Below the pieces are notes generated by a model. The model worked only from the letters and a program-made list of their open reading frames with translations, did no database searches and had not been told where the DNA came from. DNA of 62,164 nt, counting the filler. It is 15 parts of 15 records of this genome, joined end to end, with 100 filler letters (N's around TTAATTAATTAA, not from the genome) between each part and the next. Parts side by side here need not be neighbours in the genome. Positions count along the whole stretch, not along the records: positions 33,473 to 40,306 come from SRR9670534_73; positions 40,407 to 44,567 come from SRR9670534_74; positions 44,668 to 47,796 come from SRR9670534_82; 12 more parts are not named here. One strand, 5' to 3'. Of the stretch, positions 33,373-47,461 are shown piece after piece; positions within the stretch are counted from its first letter, which is position 1; each line of letters starts with the position of its first letter. A program made the translations under genes and the position numbers.

Positions 33373-33831
33373 NNNNNNNNNNNNNNNNNNNNNNNNNNNN
33401 NNNNNNNNNNNNNNNNTTAATTAATTAANNNNNNNNNNNNNNNNNNNNNNNNNNNNNNNNNNNNNNNNNNNNGGTTATTGGGACTTGGACGCTAACATTA
33501 ATCTTACAAAATTATCAAAAAATATTATTAACACAAGATCATAAATATTCTTATTATTGTACAATACTTAAATAGTAAAGTTTTAATAACTAACCAAATA
33601 ATGTGTTTATTAAAATTTATAGTCTGTCTTCTTTGCAATACTTGCTATCGACCGAAAAGGTTTTGTGGACTGAAAAGTTAGTCTTGAATTTTTAAGTAGA
33701 ATAGCATATGTATATACATTTTTAATTGGAATGCATAATGACTGGATAAATGATTTATCATAAATCTACCACATTACAAAAGTTATCTTTTATTTATAAA
33801 AATTAATAATAACTATTATGCCATAAATTAG

Positions 33832-33956
33832 GAATTGATGAAGCCCACCCACAGCCCTACAGGAATTTCCAACATGAAGCCAATAGAACTCCTATTGAAT
33901 CTACAAAACCATTGAATAAGAAAATGTCAAAATTTTCCTGTTGTGGAAAAAGCTAA
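33832..33956 (+). other. Terminal exon of a third Rab-like paralog (possibly frameshifted)
   Basis: Encodes MKPIE...KKMSKFSCCGKS*, matching the tails of the two downstream paralogs (MKPIETRTRKKKRFPMLMSCCGKY). Confidence 0.65.
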
Positions 33957-34749
33957 CTTATAATTGTCTTTGCAAATGGTGTGATACAAACTATAATAAT
34001 AATTATTGGTATTAATAATAACAAATTGAGCTAAAATTATGTTTATTAAATTTTATTGGATATTATTATTATTAAAAGTAGAATAGTAACTTATAAATAT
34101 AAGTGGATTAATATTTTGAAAATAAACATAAGTTTTATTCAGTTTGCAATTTCTGTTACAACATACATGAAAAGTTGTCGTTATGCCATGTATAACTATC
34201 AAATTGCATTTCCGGAAGTTAACTTTACGTCATAAATTGAATGATTCAATGAGAGTTTGAGCATACATTCCAGCACATTTTCTCAAAAATTTTTCTTTAC
34301 ATGAACAATGCAGAACTTAAATGTTTGACTATTTGTTCTTCCCTTATCATAATGATTATGAATTAATAAAGGTAAATTTAATTTGAGTATATAATAGAGA
34401 TACTATGGCAATCAAACTTTTACATCTTAAATCTACATTTAATATAACTGCTTTAAACTATTAAACATTTTTAAAAACTCAAATTTGAAAAAAATTTTCT
34501 TGAGTATGCTTTTACAATGACTTTCATCTGTAACAGTTAGGTTGTTATTATTAATAATAATAATGTTGCACAAGTGGCCAAAACACAAAATGCAGGAAAT
34601 GAAACATTTTCATACTGTATGATTCATCAATACTCATTATTGATAATAATCATATTAAGTGTTATGAAAATACTTTGCACAGTACTTCTAACTTCATTAT
34701 TTTTAGAGTAAGGTGTCATTGTTGCCTGTACTTACTATTAATAATAATA

Positions 34750-36849
34750 ATGACACACTGTCAGCCTATCATAGTTACCCCCAAAATGTCTAAGAAACCT
34801 ATATTTCCAGAAGTGGTGAAAGTTGAATCAGTTCCAATTGTCCCAAGTGTTCCAAGTGTTCAAAGCTGTAGTAGCATATACAAAAGTATTTATTAATAAA
34901 GTTTTAGCTTTCAAAGTTTTTGTTATTATTTTATTGTTATAATATATGTATTATAAGGTTTATTAATCAGTAATATGTGTAGCTTGAAAATTGGTGTACA
35001 CTCCAAAATTTGGAGTGTAGGTCACACCAAATTAATTTAAAATTCAAGTTGAAATGTATTTTTCAAAAATTGAGATTTACATTTAAAGTTCAAATTTATA
35101 GTTTAAATTTTAATATTTAAATTTAAAGTTTAAATTTTAAAGTTTATGTATATATTTAAAGTTAAAGTTTTAAACTGCGGCTAAAATTATTTTAGTCAGA
35201 TATTGTGTTTATTAATTAATAACTGATGTTATCATAGTTTCCATTTTTATGTCAATTATTACTACTAAGCTTTCAATTTTTCATAAATACTTTTATAATT
35301 TCTTTACAGTAATAGTATGTGGAGAACCAGGAGTTGGTAAAACTGCACTTGTTCAAAGGTTGATAAAAGATACATTTCGCAGCATTTCAGCCCCAGATCT
35401 TAGGGATGGAGTTGGATTTGAAATCACAGAAATGTCAATTTATTTTTAATAATGTTGTTTTACAAATATTTCAGAAAGATTTTAAACTTTTAAAACCTGT
35501 TAAAAGTGTGAACTTCAAACCTTTATCAAAAATTGAACTTCTATAAAATTACAAGTTAAAAAGACTGTCTATAATCAATTAGCTATAAAGTAGCTATTAT
35601 TATAGAATTCGAGAAGTTGATGGCAGAAACATCATGGCAGAAATATGGGATATGATTGGTACTGAATACCTTGAAAAAGATTTAATCAAGAAATTTTACC
35701 AAAAGGCTGATGGGGCCATCTATTGCTTTGACCTATCCAACTCATCATCTGTAATGAGTTGTGTTAAATGGATTGAAGAAGTAAAGAAGTTAGTTGATCC
35801 CAATTTAGTAATCATGTTGGTTGGAACAAAAGCTGACATCCTTCAAATGGATGATGATATTCATCAATATAAACACATTAAAGAGATGCTACCAGCAAAA
35901 ACTAAGTCAAATATAGGTATTTTGCCCGCAGCAATATATTAATAAGATACCAATTATAAATTTATTTTTTTATATTTTAATATACCATAATATACAATGT
36001 TATTAATATATTATTTACTAAATGTATACATAGTATGTATATATTATTTATATATATATATATTAAATTTTAATATATACTGTTAGTATGCAAAAATATG
36101 GTGCACTAGATGATAACTGTTATTAATAACTTATTATTATCAAGTCAGAACTAATGGATGAAAGTTCATATTAATAAAAATAATAAGCACTTATATGAAA
36201 TTTAGTTCGATTTGTACATAATGGTGTCCTAAGACTTTATATAAGAACATCAGCCAAGGAATCAATAAACGTTGAGGAGACATTTATGGAAATGATCAGG
36301 CGTAAACTTTTTATACTTTGCATTATAATGTATACATAGTATATATTGTATACATAGTATATTGTAATATATTGTGTTATGTGATATGATGTAATATTAA
36401 TAGCAATATCATATTGAATGATGATCATACTGAATTAGCAAATTTTTAACTGTATACAAAGTTGTAGTATATTGTGCTATTGTTGTAAAATACATTGTAC
36501 TATAAATACTTCATTGCAGTAATAATGCTTACAATTAGTATGGAGTACTACTACATAGTATATTGTACTTTTGGAATACAATGTATTCAATACATGTATA
36601 ACAGTGCAGTAGTTTTTCAATGTTTATTATTTGTAATTCCGGCCTATCATTCATAATAATTTCGCTAATATTGATAAATATTATTATTAATAATGTACTC
36701 TAGTATTGAATAGATCTAATCAAATGTATCATTATAAAAACTATTCCTTAGAAATCTATCAAGTTAGAAGTAAAAAGAAACTTATAGAAACTAGACAAAA
36801 GAAAAGGAAAAGACTTGGGTTGCTCAGAAGTTGTTGTGGATTGAACTAA
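34750..36849 (+). CDS. Atypical Rab-like small GTPase A; exons 34750-34885, 35310-35433, 35606-35916, 36206-36301, 36752-36849
   Basis: YKIIVCGEPGVGKT, WDMIGTE, VGTKAD, RTSAK and a C-terminal basic patch with CCGLN. Junction phases are consistent. Confidence 0.88.
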
Positions 36850-37492
36850 AAAATTACATCTATATTTCTATACTATAATGAAAACTATTTTTAAACAATA
36901 ACTAGACATGTTAAATTCAGAATTTAAAATTCAATGTCATTGCCAAAGATATTTATTAGTAGTAGCACATTATATTTAATACATATAATTTAATAATAAC
37001 AATTATAGTAGCAGCTATTTCAAGTGTTAGTACAGTGGCATTATAATGACACTCTATATAGTTGTAAATGAATGTAATTACACTGTCATTGTTACAAATT
37101 TTACTAATTTTAGTTAAGTGCTGATAGTTATGCTAATCTACAATGAATCATTATTCATATATGAATACTATAGTATCTGCATCCTGGTTACATTTCTTAA
37201 TAAAAATGTTTACTAAAATAAGTTTTAGTTAGATGGGGGCAGATTCAGTGACTAGATAAATTGTTATATAGAGTGTCCACTTACAGTGAATCATTTTATC
37301 CTTCTTATCATATGTCATAATTACTATTACTAATAATAACTACTAATATCATATTTGGTATTACTATATATTTCAGGATATGAAACATAATCATTTAATA
37401 AGTTGTTATGAAAATATTTATAAAAGGATGCAAAAGTTTAAATTCTAAAAACTTTGCCAAAACAATACCTTTGTTATTACTATAAAAGCATC

Positions 37493-39743
37493 ATGGCTGA
37501 AATAGAAACTTTATGTGCTGATATGGTCCAGGTTAAACCTATTGACCAAGGCTCCAATTATATGTACAAAAGTATGGAAACTTATAGTAAATTCAAAATA
37601 ACTGTATTATATTCAAAATAATTTAACTTTAAAAAACTTAACCTTAAAAAGTGTTAAAAAGTTTAACCTTAACATTAATTCAATTATTTAACATTTTAAA
37701 TTTTAATTCAAATTTTAAAGTTATTTCAATTATTTAACATTTTAAATTTAGAACTTAAAATTATTTCAGATACTTAACTTTTTAAATTTTAAAATTATTT
37801 CAATTATTTAACTTTAATAAGAATTAATTATTATTATGTAATATACTATTTTTCAGTAATAATATGTGGCGACGCTAAGGTTGGCAAATCTGCACTTGTT
37901 GAAAGAATAGCAGAAAATAAGTTTTCTTATGTTTATGGACCTTATCTCAGAAATGCCGTTGGATTTGAAATGAAAGAAATGTAAATCTTTATTAATGTAT
38001 TATTGAAATTAAAGTTAAAAAAAACAAACTTTATAGAACAAGAGAAATAGATGGCAAGGAAATCATAGCTGAGATGTGGGATGTGATTGGGGCTGAATAT
38101 CTTGATGGAGAGTTTGTTCATAAGGTCAGTCGTTATGAAATCTCATTCATGAACTTTATTTTTACCAAAGCAGTGGGTGCTATGTATTGCTTTGACTTGT
38201 CAGACTTATCAACTCTAAAAGGTTTTGCTAAATGGATTGAAGAAGTTACAAAGGTAGCAAATCCAAATTTAGTTATCATGTTGGTTGGAACAAAATGTGA
38301 CAAAGTTATGACAGATAATTTTCATCAAAGGGAACGTATATCCAATATGTTTGATGTTATAACACAGATTAAATCAAAAATGGGTAATTTTTAGATGTTA
38401 AATATGAAAGGTTATTAGTTCAAAAAATATTATATATTTGATGAAATATGAAATATTCAGAATATTAATTATAGGTAATGTAATTATACCATTTTACAAA
38501 ATTAAACTACATAAGACAGTTTATAATAATATATAAATTGTAATATTATAAGTACATCAATAATTATATTTCATAATATAGACACTATATAAAATATGTA
38601 AATAAATATTATTATTAAATATACTATATAATATAGTATAAATAATGCTAAAAATCTTATTATATATGGTAAATTTCAAAACCTTCATGTCTTTCAATGA
38701 AAATTACAATTTCAATTTAAGCAAATAAATTTAGTTCAATATTGTCAGTTATAATAATGTTATAATAAATATGACATTAAATCACTAAAGTTTAGATCAA
38801 TTTGAGGATAGTGGTATTCAAATACTTTATATGGAGACATCAGCTAAGGAACCAAAAAATGTTGAAGAAGCATTCATGAAACTAATTGAATGTAAGTTCA
38901 TCAACTGGCATTATTTGTTCTTAATATTATTATTATTAAAATATGATAATGGTTATACATTAATAGTAACACTATAAGTTCTATGTAGCCTTATAATATA
39001 TAGACTATATAGTACAAAGTAGTATATTGTAATATATGTAGTGCACTCTAGTATTACTAGTACAGTTAAAGTAGTACAGTACATGTAGCTATACCTATAA
39101 TGTAGAATCTATAATATTTATAATATATATAATATCTATAATCTATAATATTTATTAATATCTATAATAATATATAATATCTAAATACTGAATATCTATA
39201 ATAATCAATAATATCTTTAATAGCAATAATACAATATATAATAAATGTAACATAATAGTTTAGTATATAAATTTTATATTATAATATAACATAAAGTTAA
39301 TATATTATATTATAAATTATTGCAAAGTGTTATGAAAGTATTGCAATATATGTAACTTAATATTCATATTGCATCTTACAAAGGCAGGACATTTCTTAGT
39401 AATCTATGAAGCACAAAAGCCAAAAATAACTGAGGAGGTATTAAATGTCACATCTGAGTCAGTCTCATGTGAGTCAGCAGTTGTTTCAGAAACTCAAGAT
39501 GAAGTCAATGAAATCATTGAAATGAAACAAAATGTAACTCAGGAGCTATTATTAAATGACTTATGTGAGTCAATCTCATCATGTGAGTTAATCTCAACAT
39601 GTGAGTCAGTCTCAGCTGAGTCAGCAGTTGTTTCAGAAACACAAAGTAACGTCAATGAAATCATTGAAATGAAACCTATTGAGACTCGAACAAGAAAAAA
39701 GAAAAGATTTCCAATGCTTATGAGTTGTTGTGGAAAGTACTAA
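37493..39743 (+). CDS. Atypical Rab-like small GTPase B; exons 37493-37571, 37857-37980, 38037-38383, 38796-38891, 39400-39743
   Basis: YKIIICGDAKVGKS, WDVIGAE, VGTKCD, ETSAK and C-terminal CCGKY. Intron positions match paralog A. Confidence 0.88.
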
Positions 39744-40406
39744 ATAATCCAAATCTACCTATAGGTATACCTACTAATAAACAGCACCATGGTAACAAAT
39801 AATTAATTAATGTGTGTGTAATCATAATTATTAAATGAAAATCACTATTATCTGTTTTATTAATATTAAATTATATAGCAAATATGTAGCATGTATAGCA
39901 AATCTGTTTGAGTCATTTGCACTGTATCATTTTATTATTATAATTAATAAAAAGATATTAATTATTATCAATAATATCAAAGATTACCTGATGTATGATC
40001 TTTTGTTTTTAATAAAACTTTTTTCAAATACAAAGTATGCATATACATAAAACATGGGAAACGTTGAAACTTCAAACGATGTAATTTTTTATTTTGTGGT
40101 AAATATACAAAACTATATAATATATTTTACAGCTGTTCTACTTATGAAAGGAAATTGTTTGTACATATCTACATATTTTTGTACATAGAAGTACATGTGA
40201 AATATAATATTACTAGTGTTATATAACATATTATATAGTAATTTAGTATACTATATAATATAGCTATAGCTATTATCCCTCGGAGTACAATTGATTTTTA
40301 TCCACANNNNNNNNNNNNNNNNNNNNNNNNNNNNNNNNNNNNNNNNNNNNTTAATTAATTAANNNNNNNNNNNNNNNNNNNNNNNNNNNNNNNNNNNNNN
40401 NNNNNN

Positions 40407-43400
40407 TAATAAATGTTGTTATTACCACAAAAATGTGAATGATTAAAATTAATAATCTCTAGGGTAATTACCCTTGTAAAATTTCTGAGCAAATTTTCTG
40501 CTTGCTCCAACCTGTTGTCTCTTATTAAGTACTTGCAGCATTTGCAGTTTATGGAGCGATCAGCAGTATCAAGAGATTGAGCATCAACCAAGCAATCAGC
40601 TGCCAAGTTTAGAGTGCCAAGATGCTAAAATAAAGAGAGTATTATTGGGTTATTTAAAATATTAATAATCATAAATTATTATTAATATTCATTAATAATA
40701 AAGTATTATTAATATTCATAAATTATTAATATTTGAATAATAAAGTAGACATTTTAATAATTTCAATTATTTTTCATCATTTTTATCTAGAGCTCTGATA
40801 TTTTGTGAAAAGATATGATATACTTTTAGCACTTTGGCTTTAACCATACAGGCTTCTATAAAGGTAGGCGTATGTTCTATGGCTTTGTCAATGAAACCTA
40901 AGGCTTTTTCAAATTGACCAAGTTTATCATAATGTTGAGCCATAAAGTAATACAACCACAATTCCGTGGAAGGACATTCATTTTCACTTTCTACAATGCT
41001 CTCAATAAAATGGTTGCTGCTAATAAAATAACTAAAACAATACCATTTTCACCAAATTTTTTATGTTCTGGTAACCATTTGTGAAACGTCTCCAAAACTT
41101 CAGTAATAGTTTTGACCTTATCGGGTTCTTCATAAACCGGTTTCAGAATGCTAAACAATGGTGGAACACATCTTCTAAAACCATCTTTAAGGAAAGCAAT
41201 AAGCGCATGTTCAAAATCTTCGGCTAAAATGTTCGTGAATTAAACATTTTACTAAAATTTACGATTTACTATTCGAATATAACAAACATTTGGTTTCAGT
41301 CAAAGTCATCATCTTCAATGCATTCGAATATGGAGACTTTCGCCTTAAGTCATCACAAAGATCGATCTTGTCGGTATCATACAACTTCTGCGAAAGCTCC
41401 ATAACCTTCTTCACATACAGGATGTTATCAGGGTTTCTCTCATGAAGTCTTTCATAGACAACAAGAGATTCTTCTAGATCGTTTAACTGTATGAGCAGCT
41501 CAGCTAAATAAAATTAAAATGGTATGTGTTCTTAATTAATTAACTACATATTAGATACTAACCAATAATTTCATCCCTGGACATAACATCATGTATTGTT
41601 GAAGAATGTTCCTGTATATGCTGTAGAGCTTGTTCATAATGATTTGCTTCCCTCATAACCATATTTTCGTACAGTAACAATTCACTAAATTCAACGTCAA
41701 AATCTTTTACTTCCTGGGTATTACGAAACTCTCGCAAAACATCCAAAGCATTATCCAAGCTTCCGTTCAAGTGCAATGACATTGCATAGCCAATCCAAGA
41801 CGCTCTTTGTGCTGGGCGAAGTTCGAACAGTCGGTAGCGAGTTTCCTAACATAATCAATACGTAAACTGTGATATGGAAGATATGCATGCACGTAAAACG
41901 TAAACTTACAACAAAACCCTCAATATCACGCATTTGAACTTGTAAAAGAGACAAATCTCTCAAGATTTGAATATTTTCAGGGTCTCTTCTCAAAGCGTTT
42001 CTATAAGCTTTGATGGCTTCATCATACTTTCGATCAGATCTTTGTAATAAGCCGTAAACATGCCAGCAAACGTGACTCTGTAAGTCATTCTTTAAACCTT
42101 TTTTAACCAACTCGTACGCTTCCTCTTTTTTGCCAAGAGCATTCATAATGAGCCCTTTCATTGCAATAGTTTCTACACATATAATAGATGATACATTTGT
42201 CATAAGTTCAAAGTAAATTCAATATAGAATATTATATTCAATATACAATATGTATATATTATAATACTTACTGCAGTAGCATGCATAGTGCAATATCTAC
42301 TAATAATACATATTACTGATATGTAAGTAGCGGCATTTACCTTCCAAAACTTACCAATGCTACTATGTATCTACCGGTATTTTATCTTTTTAAAATTTGA
42401 AATTCAAATACGTATGAACAATATATGTATGTACCTACAAATCATTCCCCGTTTGGCGTCTAATACATACACCATATACTTACTATAGTATACAATAAAA
42501 TAAATTCTACGTAACAATATAATTATTATTAATAATACCTAAATGGTTCATTATTATCAATAATGTACGATCTTTTACCATCTTAAACAATACATATGCC
42601 ATTAGTTAGAAACAAAATTAATCTTACATATCGAAAAACTACCTACCACAATATAAAATTAAAACCGAAACCGACTATGGTACAGCAATACTGTACAATC
42701 AAAATTTGTGGGCCCTTCAAATATGTACATATCATATGTAATACATATTATGATGTATAATACTAACATAATATACATAGTATACTATAGATATATATAT
42801 ATATATTACATACTACTGTTTGTTAATAAATACATTGCAGGTACAATGGATTATTATTATTACTGTGGCTACAAAAAATGTCAGAAATACAAAATATTGG
42901 TTACATCTTGTACACACAACGAATAAAATGTTTGTAGGCAAGTAGGTATGATAAAAAACGCAGAAACGTATACGTGGGTAGATGTTGCTATTATCACTAT
43001 TGTCGATGATAAAAGATTCGTTCAACTGAAAAACTTATCATAAACTTATCATAAGCTTGAAGCCAGCAAATAGGTATACATATATGAAAATATGTATAAC
43101 CATTAACTTCCATAAAATAGGTACATTGTATCTATAAGTAATAACATGATTCCATGATGAGGATATACCAAATTAATAAATATAGGGGACAATAATACAA
43201 TACATACCTCCATGCTCATTGTACTTCGGGTTACTCAAAATCTGTTTACAGCATTTTAGTCCGGTTTTGTATTGCTTAGTTTCATAGCATTTCTAAAGTA
43301 AAATTTCATAGCTTTTTCTAAAGTTCTAGAAATCCTAAATTTCATAGCATTTCCAAAGTAAAGTACATATCCAATAAAATTTATCATTCATTTGTTACGT

Positions 43401-43621
43401 ACTGTGATCTGTATAACGGTGAAAGAATTTATTAAACATTACACCATAATAAGGCTTACACCTTATGATTTAAAAATTATAAAGCAGTAGGTACGTTTCA
43501 CTGGCAGTACACTCATAAGTCACTCATAGTAGTTTACTCACTGTAGTTTACTCATGCTTACCAAAATCTTCTTGAAAAGCTGGTTTTCTTTAGACGGCAA
43601 GGGATTTCTTTGCTGAGACAT
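40407..43621 (-). CDS. NAA15: N-alpha-acetyltransferase 15/16 (NatA auxiliary subunit), 5' part; first exons 43621-43562, 43292-43208, 42172-41910
   Basis: [67 protein letters not shown] and AQSLDTADR. Confidence 0.95.
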
Positions 43622-44667
43622 TACCAATCCTTATACCAATCTTATACCTTGATAAAATCGACAAACACAGGTGACAGCAGCTACAATTTAGATTATTTAA
43701 ATTATTGAATACCTAGGTAAATTATCTAAGTTGTCTAAGTAACTTAGGTGCCTACCTAATAACTAACGTAAATAAGTACTGAACAATTATCAGTATGTAG
43801 GTATACAGCCTGTACATGTAGGCATACTGTATAAATACACATTATTAACACAGTACAGCACCTGGTACAGTACAGGTACCACTACATATATACGTACACG
43901 TACACGTACAGGTACCAGTATACACGTATAGATACCACTGGTATAAAGTATACGTACAGAATGTATGATATGTAAATATAACATAAGTACCTAACTTACC
44001 TTAGGTACGTTATAGTATAGTATTATTACTTATAAGTACAGTATAATTCTTTAAAAAATAATTCCTTTTAAATTTTAAATTTAATTTTAAAAAATTAACT
44101 ATATATTAATATTTAAATATTTATATGTAAATAAAAACATTTATAGTATTGCAGTATAGAAAACTATTTATAGTATTGTAGCATAGTATAACTAGTTTAT
44201 AGTATTACTATTTATATATAATTATTATAAATAATTTACTATTTATATATACATAACTATTATAAGTCATTACTATAAATAATTTATAAATTAATTATTA
44301 TATATATTTTACTAATTAATATTTATTTTTAAAACATAAATTTGTTATTTACATACATTTGTATTAATTATGTAAAATAAAAAAAGTACAAATTAATAAA
44401 AAATAAAATGAATATAATAGTAAAAACTAAACAAGAATCTTAATATTAAAGAATATAGGGCCAGTACTTACTACCATAAAGGCAATTGTAGGCATTATCT
44501 AGAGCTTGCAACTACCTATTGAAGCTGTAGCTAATGTTGTTTTTTTTCATGAAAAAGTGCAGCTAATNNNNNNNNNNNNNNNNNNNNNNNNNNNNNNNNN
44601 NNNNNNNNNNNTTAATTAATTAANNNNNNNNNNNNNNNNNNNNNNNNNNNNNNNNNNNNNNNNNNNN

Positions 44668-47461
44668 TATTAATAATAATAGTATATTATTATAATAATA
44701 GCAACAATAGATACATTTGGTATTTCTGTCATGAAAAATCCGTCTTCAGTACGCTCTTCGAGTAGTCTTCTTTTTCTTTCCTGTTCTTCTTCAATTGCGG
44801 CTTCAGCAGCTCTAGCTTTCAATTCAGCTACTTTGTTAATGATGGGTCTTCTATGATCATGAGGATCACGAAGTGCCATACTTTGGCCTGTTGCATAATA
44901 CTCCTTAAGAGCAGACAAAGGTGCTTCAAGCATTAGTTGAACAGGCTTTTTTGGAACTGGTGGGATTACATCTTTAATCTAAATTGACGAGTTTAAATTG
45001 CTGATAATAATAAAGGTGGAGCTAATAAAACAAATGATAGCTATTTTTAGTTAGGAATAATTATTCCTAACGTTACATTGTTGCTGTTGAATTAGAGCTG
45101 ATATAATAATTCAATATTTTAAAAATTGCAATTTACAAAGGCTAAATTAAATAGAATATATCGAATCGATATTATCGATTGAATATTCATTATAACGATG
45201 TTATAACGATCGATATTTTATGTTCAAACGCACATGTATTGTACAAAAATTACCTTTCTTCCTGCTTTTCTATTGGAAAGCATCATATTTACATTAGGTT
45301 TTCTTAAATTTTCCTTTCTTCTGATGATATTTATGCCAAGATTTCTTGTTAAGTATTTTGCTAACAATTTTGGATTTCCTGAGTGTTTTGTCACAAGGGG
45401 ATTATTGTGAATAATAACTTCTTGTACAACAGGAAAGCTACCTAAAGCCAATAGTCCTTCTTGAAGTGATATCTAAATCCATAAATGAAGATACAACAGG
45501 GCAAGTTGGTTTAATTAATAATAAATAACCTGGTTACCTGATTATGTGCTAAATTTATATGAACTAACGAAGGAAATGGTACAGTGACATCAGTAACATC
45601 CAATAAAGATTTATCAAATGTATGTGTAAAATTAATCTTTAAATCTTCAGAAGCAACAAGTTCATCAGCCTCTCTTGATATGGTATCTACTTCTTGTTCC
45701 AAATCTTCAACATTAAAAGATTCCATCACCTGTTCTTCCTCAGTTTCACTTCCTTTATTAATCTGGGCATTGTCATCATTATCATTACTATTATCAATTA
45801 TATTATCATTTGGAGCAGTATCAGTATCTTGATTTTGATCAGAGGGAACATCTTTTTGCGGAATTTCCTTAGTTTCCGAACTTTTGCTGCTATTTTTGGC
45901 ATTTCGATGTGGAGTACTCTTTCCAGAGAGAACTAGATCCGGATCACGGACAAGTCTTCCATTCATGAAAACAAGAAATGGGACTTCAGTTAAGGAATTG
46001 TTTTCAAGCGTCAAGATTTTTAATCTACATTTATCGAAATTGGTAAACAAGATTCATCATATCTCAAAATATGCTAATTAATAAGTTTATTAATAACTTA
46101 TTGAATACATACTGCGGCAACTTTCCAAGGGGTTCAAAAATAATACTTGAAGATTCAAAATTGTTGTCATCAGCTACAAAGACCTCCAAACTGGGATATC
46201 TAGGTAATGAACCCCATTGATCAGCCATCTCTAATGGAAGACTCTTTAGTTGATTTCCAGTGACATACAACACCTTCAATGTTGGAATTAAACCAAGTGC
46301 CAAGATATCATCTTGTGATAAATTATTGTAAGATAAATCGAGTACCTAAACATGACCAAAATACAATGTCTCAATACAATATTACATCATAAGGAAATAC
46401 CCTTAAATGTGGAAAATCTCCAAAATTTACTCTGACATTATGAATTCCATTTAGGGGCAGTTCCAACTCTCTCAGAGCAGGAAAATAACGAAAATTTTCT
46501 AAAGGAAAAGTAGTCTTATTATATGTACTATATTTTACTTATTTATTTATTTATTGCAAAGATTCTAGCTTTATAGTCATTAACAGAAGCAATCAGACTA
46601 TAAAACTACGACTCAAGTTATTAATTATTAATAATAAAGCTTTATTAGGAAAAGCATACCAACTGTAAGTAAATTTTCACCAGCATTGATATAAGCAAGA
46701 TTTTCAAAATACGGAAAATCATCTTCCCTAGCCTGCAATTTAAAAGTATGATGAATTATTATTTGAACATTTCAATATCAATAAAGTAACACATTATAAT
46801 TTTTTGTTAATAAGCAATGACATATTATTATTAAAAAAAACAGTGTATTTATTAATAATTACTATATTAATAATCACAATAATAAACAAACAATGTAATT
46901 ATAATAAGTCATCAATTATCATAAAAATTTCAACAAATCATGAAAAATCAGCCCTTACATCTGAAAAACCCTGGTCTACTATTCGAACAGATGAAAGGTG
47001 ACTTGGGTCGTCTGCTTTTGTTATTTTCATCTACAATTTAGTACAGTTATTATGGCTTTATTAAAAAATAAAAACTTACCAAGGCAAAACCATCCAAAAT
47101 CTTTTCTTCATCAATAAAAGGTTCTTTTATATGAGTCTTTTCTTCTGCATAAGGGTATGACTTAGGTATGGTTGTTGCAGGTTTTTCAGCAGTCAAAATG
47201 GCTTTGAATCGCCGTCTTTGCTCTTTTCTTCGTTCAATTACCCAAGCGCCACCACCTAATGCAAAGAATTATTTAAATAAAAATGTTATTATCTACTGAT
47301 TGGATACCTTCGTTTGTCTGTACTTGGGGATATCTTACAGGAAAAGCATTACTAACAAAATGATCTCCATTTCCTATATCATATCTGATGCCTGGAATAA
47401 TCTCTCTAGTGGTGGTCATATTTACACAAAGTTTGCATGCAAGAGTTATAGCCACCGCCAT
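44668..47461 (-). CDS. XRRA1: XRRA1-like leucine-rich repeat protein (3' partial, multi-exon)
   Basis: NAFPVR, GGAWVIERRKEQRRRFKAIL, LDGFAL, YINAGENLL, FPALRELELPLNGI, LDLSYNNLSQDDILALG, IHNNPL and FFMTE. The start could instead be the ATG at about 47419. Confidence 0.8.
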
